Shown here: piece by piece, positions 27,723 through 35,752 of the stretch
Layout of the letters: each line of letters starts with the position of its first letter
Position numbering within the stretch: position 1 is the stretch's first letter
Assembly: GCA_045660685.1 (NCBI GenBank)
Contig: JAZREI010000140.1
Location: 1 to 63,254 of the forward strand
Direction of reading: 5' to 3'
From: Oscillospiraceae bacterium
Lineage (GTDB): Bacteria > Bacillota > Clostridia > Oscillospirales > Oscillospiraceae
DNA length: 63,254 bases
Program-made: the position numbers and the translations under genes
Notes under the pieces: generated by a model
Told to the model about the DNA's origin: nothing
What the model saw: only the letters and a program-made list of their open reading frames with translations
Databases searched by the model: none

Positions 27723-27949
27723 TACCCCCAAACCTCCGCAAATTCCGTCGTATTTTCGGCTCGCACGAAAATTCTGCTTATCGTTTTGTGAGTGCCCGGT
27801 AACGCTTCTGCGGAAATTACTGTACGTCTCGCTTTAACCAACTCATCACAAAATTCCTCTCCACACTCGTAGGGTGGCCATTTTCTGCCGCCGTTTATAA
27901 AACACGAGAACACTCCCCCAAAAGAACATGGGAACTGTTCTTCCATCGC

Positions 27950-27987
27950 AAAAAAGGAGCCGATGCATTTGCATCAGCTCCTTTTTA
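27950..27987. terminator. Terminator downstream of the ABC exporter operon
   Basis: AAAAAGGAGC(C)GATGCA-TT-TGCATC(A)GCTCCTTTTT. Confidence 0.75.
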
Positions 27988-28049
27988 ACATCTGCTTCAA
28001 TTGAAGACACCGCACCCATCACACCTGATGGGGGCAAGGCATATGAAAT

Positions 28050-29897
28050 TCATTCTGCAGCCTCTACAAACTGGCTGTTCCACAGCTGGGCATAGAACCC
28101 ATCCCGGTCCAGCAGTTCCTCATGGGTACCCTGCTCCACAATGTCCCCCTCGCGCATGACCAGAATACGGTCGGCATTGCGGATGGTAGACAGTCGGTGT
28201 GCAATCACGAAGCAGGTACGGCCTTCCATGAGATTATCCATGGCCTTCTGAATCAGCTGTTCTGTACGGGTGTCCACGCTGGAGGTGGCTTCATCCAAAA
28301 TCAGCACAGGCGCATCCGCCAAAATGGCACGTGCAATGGTCAGCAGCTGCTTCTGCCCCTGAGAGACATTGGTGGCATCTTCATTCAGCTCCATGTGGTA
28401 GCCACCGGGCAGACTGCGGATGAACTTATGAGCATGGGCTGCCTTTGCCGCCGCAATCACTTCCTCATCGGTGGCATCGCCACAGCCGTAACGGATATTC
28501 TCCATAATCGTACCCTTAAACAGCCAGGTATCCTGCAGCACCATTGCAAACTGACGGCGCAGCTCACCCCGTTCATAGTTGCGGATGTTCACACCGTCCA
28601 GCAAAATCTCGCCCCCACGCACATCATAGAAGCGCATGAGCAGCTTGACCATGGTGGTCTTGCCTGCCCCTGTGGGACCAACAATGGCAACGGTTTCGCC
28701 CTTCTTCACATCGCAGCTCCAGTTGTGGATGACCTCCACGCCCTCATCATAGCCAAAGGACACATTGTGGAAGCTCACATTGCCTTCCACATGGTCGGCA
28801 GATGCAGGCACTTCGGGGGCAGGTTCTTCCTCGGCTTCCTCCAAGAACGCAAACACACGCTCTGCCGCAGCTGCCATGGACTGCACCATAGTCGCCACCT
28901 GCCCCAGCTCATTGATGGGTCTGGTGAAGTTGCGAACATAGTTCATAAACGCCTGAATGTCCCCTACCTGAATCACACCGCGGATGGTCAGCATAGCACC
29001 GCTGATGACCACAGCCACATAGCCCAGATTGCCAATGAGCCCGTTGAGGGGCATCATCAAGCCGCCGAAGAACTGGCTTTTCCATGCGGATTCATACATC
29101 GCCTCGTTGGTTTTATCAAACTCTGCCAGCACCGCTTCCTCACGGTTATAGGCCTGCACCACGTTCAGACCGCCGAAGGTTTCCTCAATGGTGCCGTTGA
29201 TTTCACCCAGCAGCTTCTGCTGCGCCACAAACTGAGGCTGGCTTTTTTTCATAATCCCCATCATCACCACCAAGCTGGCAGGCAGCATCAATGCGGTGAT
29301 GCCCGTCATGAGGGGGCTGATGCTCAGCATCATAACCACCGTACCAACCAGAGAACAGATGCTGTACACCAGTGTATTGGTGGTGCGGTCCAGCCCCTGC
29401 CCCACGGTATCTACGTCGTTGGTAATACGGGACAGCACATCGCCCACGGTGTTCTTCTCGAAATACTTCATGGGCATACGAGCGATTTTCTCGTTCAGTT
29501 CCTTACGGAGACGATAGGTGGTGTTCTGCACGATTTGGGTCATGGCAATGGCAGACAGGAAGCCGCACAGCTCACTGAATGCATAAATGCCGATAACCTT
29601 CAGCAAAATGGAGCCGATGGCCGCAAAATCAATACCGCCAATGCCTGCCACCATAGCGATGACGCCTTCAAACAGCACCGTAGTGGCCTGACCCAAAATC
29701 TTGGGTCCCTGCACATAGAACACGGTGGACACTGCAGCCAGCAGACACACCAACAGCAGCAGATACTTGTATCCGCCGATGTAGCGGATAATCTTTTTGA
29801 TGGTGCCCTTAAAATCCTTGGGCTTTTCAAAGGGCGCACCGGGAGGACCCCCATGTCCCCTGCGAGGGGCGCGGCGTTCTTCCTTGCGTTCAGCCAT
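28050..29897 (-). CDS. ABC exporter, fused permease/ATPase, half of a heterodimer (consensus Walker B Glu, degenerate signature)
   Basis: Walker A GPTGAGKTT, signature VSQGQKQ (degenerate LSGGQ) and Walker B LILDEATS. The N-terminal domain is a 6-TM ABC_membrane domain. Confidence 0.85.
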   Translation of the reverse strand: MAERKEERRAPRRGHGGPPGAPFEKPKDFKGTIKKIIRYIGGYKYLLLLVCLLAAVSTVFYVQGPKILGQATTVLFEGVIAMVAGIGGIDFAAIGSILLKVIGIYAFSELCGFLSAIAMTQIVQNTTYRLRKELNEKIARMPMKYFEKNTVGDVLSRITNDVDTVGQGLDRTTNTLVYSICSLVGTVVMMLSISPLMTGITALMLPASLVVMMGIMKKSQPQFVAQQKLLGEINGTIEETFGGLNVVQAYNREEAVLAEFDKTNEAMYESAWKSQFFGGLMMPLNGLIGNLGYVAVVISGAMLTIRGVIQVGDIQAFMNYVRNFTRPINELGQVATMVQSMAAAAERVFAFLEEAEEEPAPEVPASADHVEGNVSFHNVSFGYDEGVEVIHNWSCDVKKGETVAIVGPTGAGKTTMVKLLMRFYDVRGGEILLDGVNIRNYERGELRRQFAMVLQDTWLFKGTIMENIRYGCGDATDEEVIAAAKAAHAHKFIRSLPGGYHMELNEDATNVSQGQKQLLTIARAILADAPVLILDEATSSVDTRTEQLIQKAMDNLMEGRTCFVIAHRLSTIRNADRILVMREGDIVEQGTHEELLDRDGFYAQLWNSQFVEAAE

Positions 29898-31699
29898 TAC
29901 GCATCCACCTCCAATCCCAGTTCCTTTTCAGACAGCTGGCTCACCGCAATTTCACGGTAGGTCTCGCAGCTGCGGAGCAATTCTTCATGAGTGCCCATAC
30001 CGTCAATTTTGCCATCGGTCAGCACGATGATTTTTTCCGCGTGCATAACCGTCGCAATACGCTGAGCAACGATGATGACCGTCGCATTTGCCGCATGGGT
30101 CTTCAGCGCAGCGCGCAGTGCGCCGTCGGTCTTATAGTCCAAAGCAGAGAAGCTGTCGTCAAACAGATAAATATCGGGGTCGGATGCAATGGCACGGGCA
30201 ATGGACAGTCGCTGTTTCTGACCGCCGGATACATTGCTGCCACCCTGTGCAATATGGGAGCCATAGCCCTCGGGCTTCTCGCCGATGAAATCCGCAGCCT
30301 GCGCCACTTCCGCAGACGCCTTCATGACTTCCTCGGTCACGTCCCCTGCATAGCCAATGTTGGAGGCAATATCCCCGGAAAACAGCACTGCCTTCTGGGG
30401 CACATAGCCCATACGACCGCGCAGAGCCTTCAGGTCGCAGTCACGCAGGTCCACACCGTCAAGAGTGATGCGCCCTTCGGTGACATCGTAAAAACGCAGA
30501 ATCAGATTCAGCAAAGTGGTCTTGCCACAGCCCGTAGAGCCGATAATCGCAGTGGTCTCACCGGGACGCGCAGTAAAGCTGATATGCTCCAGTGCGCAGT
30601 CCTCCGCACCGGGGTAACGGAAGGACACATCATGGAACACAATTTCACCGTCACCTGCAGGCACTGCCCCATGCTCGGGCGCAGAAATCACGTTTTCGGT
30701 TTCCAGTACTTCATAAATACGGTCAGCCGCCACAATGGCACGAGGCGCCATAATGGAAATCATGGACAGCATCATAAAGGAGAATACAATCTGCATGGCG
30801 TAGTTGGTAAATGCCATCATGTCGCCGATTTCCAGTGTGCCTGCCTGAATGCCATGAGCACCGAACCAAATAATGGCAATGGAAATGCCGTACATAATCA
30901 GATTCATAAAAGGCATCATAGCCGCCATAGTACGACCTGTAAACAGCTGGGTATTGCGCAGCTGAGTATTTGCACCGTCAAAACGCTGTTCTTCGTAGCG
31001 TTCACGGGCAAAGGCACGGATAACGGGCAGCCCTGTCAGAATTTCACGGGACACAAGGTTTACATTGTCCACCAGAGTCTGCATCTTCTTGAACTTGGGC
31101 ATAGCCACCAGCAGCAGAATCATCAGCAGCAGGAACAAGCCCCCTACCGCAGCCGCAACAATCCAGCCCAGACCGGAATCCGAAGCAACCACCTTTGTCA
31201 CACCGCCAATGCCCATAATGGGGGCATACAGCACCATGCGCAGCAGCAACACGCAGGTCATCTGCACCTGCACAATGTCGTTGGTGCAGCGAGTGATGAG
31301 AGAAGCGGTAGACAGATGCTCCAGCTCTGTGTGAGAGAAGCCCACCACCTTGGCAAACACATCACGGCGCAGGTCACGACCGATGGCAGCACCCACACGG
31401 GCAGCAATCAGCCCTAGGGTAATGCCCGAAGCAGCCGCAGCCAGAGCAATCGCTGCCATTTTGCCGCCTACGGTCCACAGATAGTGCATCTGCACATCAC
31501 GGTCAGCCAAGCCTGCTGCCACCTGTGCCATATACGCAGCATCCGCATCCGCAACGCCGCCTCGCACCAGACCAATGTCCACAATATCGCTCATGAGCCC
31601 GGGCAGCTTCAGCTCGCACAGCGCCTGCACCAGCAGCAGGCAGATGACAGCCACCGCAGCCTTCCAATGGGGCTTAAGCAGTTTGATGATTTTCAGCAT
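29897..31699 (-). CDS. ABC exporter, fused permease/ATPase, partner half (consensus signature, Walker B Asp instead of Glu)
   Basis: Walker A GSTGCGKTT, signature VSGGQKQR and Walker B IYLFDDSFSALD. A 1-nt TAATG overlap joins it to the downstream half-transporter gene. Confidence 0.85.
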   Translation of the reverse strand: MLKIIKLLKPHWKAAVAVICLLLVQALCELKLPGLMSDIVDIGLVRGGVADADAAYMAQVAAGLADRDVQMHYLWTVGGKMAAIALAAAASGITLGLIAARVGAAIGRDLRRDVFAKVVGFSHTELEHLSTASLITRCTNDIVQVQMTCVLLLRMVLYAPIMGIGGVTKVVASDSGLGWIVAAAVGGLFLLLMILLLVAMPKFKKMQTLVDNVNLVSREILTGLPVIRAFARERYEEQRFDGANTQLRNTQLFTGRTMAAMMPFMNLIMYGISIAIIWFGAHGIQAGTLEIGDMMAFTNYAMQIVFSFMMLSMISIMAPRAIVAADRIYEVLETENVISAPEHGAVPAGDGEIVFHDVSFRYPGAEDCALEHISFTARPGETTAIIGSTGCGKTTLLNLILRFYDVTEGRITLDGVDLRDCDLKALRGRMGYVPQKAVLFSGDIASNIGYAGDVTEEVMKASAEVAQAADFIGEKPEGYGSHIAQGGSNVSGGQKQRLSIARAIASDPDIYLFDDSFSALDYKTDGALRAALKTHAANATVIIVAQRIATVMHAEKIIVLTDGKIDGMGTHEELLRSCETYREIAVSQLSEKELGLEVDA

Positions 31700-31859
31700 A
31701 GCAATTTCCTTTCAAAAAGGGTTTAACAATATATTATAACGCCCATATGACCCCAAGCGCAATACACAGGATGGGAAAGAAATGTAAATTGTACCGCCAC
31801 ACAAGCAAACAGCCGCCTCACCTTTCGGCAAGACGGCTGTGTTTATTCTATGCAGTTTC

Positions 31860-33029
31860 TCACAAAATACGTACTCTCAGCACTTCGTCCATATCCACAA
31901 TAGCCTTGACATCCTCCAAGGCAATGGGGTCCCCAAGGTCAATCATGGTGTAAGCGTATTCCCCGCGGGACTTGTTGATCATGTGCTCAACGTTGATGTT
32001 CAGCCCGCCGATGATTTCCAGGAAGCGAGTCAGCATACGAGGCACATTCATATGAATGATGCACAGGCGGCAGACCCCCTGGCGCTCATCCAGCACCGCA
32101 TCGGGCAGGTTGACGCTGTTGCGGATATTACCGTTTACAATGTAGTCGTACAGCTCTCTGGCAGCAGCCACAGCGCACTTATCCTCGCTTTCGGGAGTGC
32201 AGGCACCGATATGAGGCAGGCAAATCACATTACGCTGGCCGATAAGCTTTGCGGTGGGGAAGTCGGTGACGTACTTTGCCACCTTGTTATTGGCAATGGC
32301 ACGAAGCATGGCATCATCGTCCACCACTTCCGCACGGGATTCATTGATGATACGCACCCCATCCTTCATCTGGGAGAATGCCTTGTCATTGAACATCCCC
32401 TTGGTTTGCTCGGTATAGGGGCAGTTGATGGAAATATAATCGCAGCGGCGATAGATTTCGGAAATATCCTCCGCACGAACAACGTCACGGCTCAGTCGCC
32501 ATGCAGCTTCCACGGACATATAGGGGTCATGACCGTAAACCTGCATCCCCAGATCCAGACACATATTGGCAATGGCCGCACCGGTCGCACCCAGACCCAC
32601 CACGCCAATGGTCTTGCCCATAAGCTCGGGGCCCGCAAAGGTAGCCTTGTTGCGCTCCACCAGCTCCGCAATACGGTCGGGTTCTTCGTTGGCAAGGGAC
32701 TTGACCCAGTCGATACTGCCGATGACATCACGACCTGCCAGCACCAGCTCGCACAGCGCCAGCTCCTTTACCGCTTCCGCATTGGCACCGGGGGCATTGA
32801 ATACCACAATCCCCGCCTTGGCACACTGCTGGGTAGGGATATTGTTGTAGCCCGCACCCGCTCTGGAAATGCACAGCAGTTCTTCATTGAATTCCATGTT
32901 ATGCATATCCGCGGAGCGCACCAGAATGCCGTGAGGATTGGGCACATCAAAGCCCACCTCACAGCCCTTTTTTTGTAGCTCTTGAATTCCGTAATCGGAA
33001 ATATGATTCAAAACATTGATACGGATCAT
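31860..33029 (-). CDS. serA: D-3-phosphoglycerate dehydrogenase
   Basis: 2-hydroxyacid dehydrogenase fold (GVVGLGATGAAIA) plus a C-terminal ACT-like domain. An ATGA overlap joins it to serC. Confidence 0.85.
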   Translation of the reverse strand: MIRINVLNHISDYGIQELQKKGCEVGFDVPNPHGILVRSADMHNMEFNEELLCISRAGAGYNNIPTQQCAKAGIVVFNAPGANAEAVKELALCELVLAGRDVIGSIDWVKSLANEEPDRIAELVERNKATFAGPELMGKTIGVVGLGATGAAIANMCLDLGMQVYGHDPYMSVEAAWRLSRDVVRAEDISEIYRRCDYISINCPYTEQTKGMFNDKAFSQMKDGVRIINESRAEVVDDDAMLRAIANNKVAKYVTDFPTAKLIGQRNVICLPHIGACTPESEDKCAVAAARELYDYIVNGNIRNSVNLPDAVLDERQGVCRLCIIHMNVPRMLTRFLEIIGGLNINVEHMINKSRGEYAYTMIDLGDPIALEDVKAIVDMDEVLRVRIL

Positions 33030-34120
33030 GTGTGTTCCCTCTCAAATTCTCTCATATAGTCCAGCAGCGCTTCCACACCTGCCATGGGCATGGCGTTGTA
33101 CACAGAAGCGCGCATACCACCTGCAATGCGGTGACCCTTCAGATGCTTCAGCCCACGTGCTTCCGCACCCTTTACAAACAGGGCATCCAGCTCCTTGTCG
33201 TCTGTGGTGAAAGCCACATTCATTTGGGAGCGGGCTCTTGCTTCCGCCTTCGAACGGAACAGCTTGCTGCCGTCCAGATAGGCATACAGTGCCTCGCTGC
33301 GCTGTGCGGCACGGCGCTGCATTTCTGCCACGCCGCCCTGTGCTTCCAGCCACTTCAGCTGCAGCCCCAGCATATAAATGCACCAGCAAGGGGGCGTATT
33401 GTACATAGAATCCTTATCCGCCATAAGCTTATAGTCCAGCATCAAAGGGGTAATGGGCAAAGCATTGCCCAACAGGTCACGGCGCACAATGGCAACGGTC
33501 AGCCCTGCAGGCGCCATATTCTTCTGTGCCCCTGCGAAGATGATGCCGTAGCGACTCACATCCACAGGTCGGGACAGAATATCGGAAGACATATCGCACA
33601 CCATGGGCACATTTCCCGTATCGGGTACATACTGCCACTGGGTACCGTAAATGGTGTTGTTAGAGCAGTAATAGAAATAAGATGCGTCCTCGGAGAGCTT
33701 CAGCTCACTCTGAGGAGGAATGTCCGTATGACCGATTTCCCCGGTATCGCACACACGATGAACGGTGCCGTACTTTTCCGCTTCCTTTGCGGCACTGCCC
33801 GCAAAATTACCCGTTACGGCATAATCGGCAGAGCCTGTACGGGACATGAGATTCAGAGGCACCATGGAAAACTGCATGGTAGCGCCGCCCTGCAAAAACA
33901 GAATTTCATGGGTATCGGGCACATTCAGTACACCCTTCAGCGCAGCCTTGGTGTCATCGAAAATCTCCTGAAACACGGGAGAGCGGTGGCTCATTTCCAT
34001 AACGGACAGACCCGTGCCTTTATAATTCAGAAGTTCCTCCTGTGCCTGTCGAAGCACTTCCTCAGGCATTACGGAAGGCCCTGCGGAGAAATTATAAACT
34101 TGGTTTCTATCCATTATCAT
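33026..34120 (-). CDS. serC: Phosphoserine aminotransferase
   Basis: The N-terminus reads YNFSAGPSVMPEEVL. It is a class V aminotransferase and is paired with serA. The start is either ATG 34120 or 34114. Confidence 0.9.
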   Translation of the reverse strand: MIMDRNQVYNFSAGPSVMPEEVLRQAQEELLNYKGTGLSVMEMSHRSPVFQEIFDDTKAALKGVLNVPDTHEILFLQGGATMQFSMVPLNLMSRTGSADYAVTGNFAGSAAKEAEKYGTVHRVCDTGEIGHTDIPPQSELKLSEDASYFYYCSNNTIYGTQWQYVPDTGNVPMVCDMSSDILSRPVDVSRYGIIFAGAQKNMAPAGLTVAIVRRDLLGNALPITPLMLDYKLMADKDSMYNTPPCWCIYMLGLQLKWLEAQGGVAEMQRRAAQRSEALYAYLDGSKLFRSKAEARARSQMNVAFTTDDKELDALFVKGAEARGLKHLKGHRIAGGMRASVYNAMPMAGVEALLDYMREFEREHT

Positions 34121-34140
34121 ACACCTGATTTCTAATAGTC

Positions 34141-34167
34141 AAAAAGCCTCGAAACCGAGGCTTTTTT
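34141..34167. terminator. Terminator after mtaB
   Basis: AAAAAGCCTCG-AAAC-CGAGGCTTTTTT. Confidence 0.8.
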
Positions 34168-34192
34168 GATTATACTCTTTTTCTCGAGAATG

Positions 34193-35482
34193 TCAAACTA
34201 CTTCGCCGTTCAGCTTGTCCCCATCAACTGCGGTGATTCGCACAGTGCGCAATGCATTCTTCAAATCATCACCCTTGGCATTGACCACGCAGTAGTTGCC
34301 TGCATGACCGTTCCAGCTGCCGTCGGGCTGCTCGGTTTCGAACAGAACGTCCATTTCCCGGCCCACACAAGCTGCCAGATATTCCTGCTTCATGCGGTCA
34401 GCAACCTGCTGTGCCTCATGGGCGCGGCGGCTCTTTTCCGCCTTCACCACCTGACCGGGCATCTTTTCTGCCTTGGTACCGGGGCGCACAGAATAGGGGA
34501 AAATGTGCATATCCGCAAAGCCGCACTTTGCAATAAATTCCAGAGTCGCCTTCTGGTCGTCCAAATCCTCACCGGGGAAGCCTGTAATCAGGTCAGCGGT
34601 AAAGGCGCAGCCGGGGAAATACTTCCGCAGATATTCTACACCCTCGTAGAAGCGGGCGGTATCGTACTTGCGATTCATGTTCTTCAGAGTCTTGTCGCAG
34701 CCGGACTGGAGAGACAGGTGGAAGTGGGGACATACCTTACCCGTAGCGGCAATGCGGCGGGCAAAGTCATCGGTAATGACCGTAGGCTCCAGAGAGCCAA
34801 GGCGCAGACGCACATTGGGTGCAGCCTCTGCAATGGCTTCGATGCAGTCCGCAAGGGTAATATCCTTACCCAAATCCTTGCCGTAGGATGCGATTTCGAT
34901 GCCTGTGATAATCAGTTCACGGTAGCCTTCGTCCTGCAGTTCCTTGGCTTGACGCTGTACCTCTGCAATGGGCAGAGAGCGCACGCGGCCTCTGGTATAG
35001 GGTATGATGCAGTAGGTGCAGAAGTTCACGCAGCCGTCCTCGATTTTCAGCATAGCACGGGTACGACCGCTGACAGCCCCTGCAGGCAGTTCTTCAAAGA
35101 ACATACGGCGGAAGGGGTCATCAATGCAGCGTGCAGACTGCTTTTCCATCACCGCAGCCTCGATAGCATCGATGAGCTTGTGCTTGTCCCCTGTGCCGAA
35201 TACCACGTCGCAGCCAATATCCTTGGCATCGTCGGGGCTCAGCTGACTCCAGCAGCCGCAAACAATGGTAGCCGCATCGGGATGACGGGCAGCCAAATGG
35301 CGAACAGTCTGACGGCTCTTTCTGCCGCTTTCCGCTGTGACCGCACAGGTATTGATAATGATGGCATCTACCTGCTCACCTTCCGCGGCGGCAGCATGAC
35401 CACGCTCAGCCAGCATGGTTTCGATGGCCTGTGTTTCGTATTGATTGACCTTACAGCCAAGAGTTGATATAATGTATTTCAT
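34193..35482 (-). CDS. mtaB: tRNA t6A37 methylthiotransferase (MiaB/RimO-family radical SAM enzyme, MtaB type)
   Basis: The N-terminal UPF0004 domain starts MKYIISTLGCKVNQYE. The radical-SAM motif is CVNFCTYC and a C-terminal TRAM-like region is present. Confidence 0.85.
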   Translation of the reverse strand: MKYIISTLGCKVNQYETQAIETMLAERGHAAAAEGEQVDAIIINTCAVTAESGRKSRQTVRHLAARHPDAATIVCGCWSQLSPDDAKDIGCDVVFGTGDKHKLIDAIEAAVMEKQSARCIDDPFRRMFFEELPAGAVSGRTRAMLKIEDGCVNFCTYCIIPYTRGRVRSLPIAEVQRQAKELQDEGYRELIITGIEIASYGKDLGKDITLADCIEAIAEAAPNVRLRLGSLEPTVITDDFARRIAATGKVCPHFHLSLQSGCDKTLKNMNRKYDTARFYEGVEYLRKYFPGCAFTADLITGFPGEDLDDQKATLEFIAKCGFADMHIFPYSVRPGTKAEKMPGQVVKAEKSRRAHEAQQVADRMKQEYLAACVGREMDVLFETEQPDGSWNGHAGNYCVVNAKGDDLKNALRTVRITAVDGDKLNGEVV

Positions 35483-35551
35483 AAATTCTCCTACAATTCC
35501 ATGTAGGGGCGAACATCGTTCGCCCTTACTTCTCAGAAAGGTTTGACATAA

Positions 35552-35593
35552 ATGATTTACTTAGACAACGCCGCCACAACCTCGTCAAAATAA
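35552..35593 (+). pseudogene. Vestigial 5' stub of a second cysteine desulfurase allele (MIYLDNAATT + SSK-stop)
   Basis: 35534-35581 duplicates 35735-35782 (SD, start codon and the first 10 codons) with 7 differences. The 6 differences inside codons are all synonymous. Confidence 0.6.
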
Positions 35594-35651
35594 ACTCCAT
35601 ATCCCTTGCTTCCGTCAAGCGTGACGAAAGCAACTCCATTCCGTTTATTTT
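35587..35651 (+). repeat. Family-B structured repeat (about 65 nt), copy 1
   Basis: AAAATAAACTCCATATCCCTTGCTTCCGTCAAGCGTGACGAAAGCAACTCCATTCCGTTTATTTT aligns with 47096-47161. The outer stem differs in sequence but remains complementary. Confidence 0.75.
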
Positions 35652-35659
35652 TCCTCTTT

Positions 35660-35725
35660 CACAATGATGCTTTTTCATTGCAAATTCGCCAAAGCGAATT
35701 TGATGGGTATGAAAGCATCATCGTG
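35660..35725 (+). other. 66-nt rod-like nested hairpin immediately upstream of the cysteine desulfurase SD
   Basis: CACAATGATGCTTTTTCAT pairs with ATGAAAGCATCATCGTG. The inner hairpin is CAAATTCGC-CAAA-GCGAATTTG. Confidence 0.6.
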
Positions 35726-35752
35726 AATACATTTCAGAAAGGTTTGACATAG

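Noticed and set aside
27698-27946. An 82-aa ORF in the long proC upstream region (also 27846-28037).
   Set aside because: It has no SD: its ATG lies just 3 nt past the terminator's T-run. It runs through a REP-like hairpin and the phased repeats, and its composition is unlike neighbouring genes. I treat the region as non-coding.
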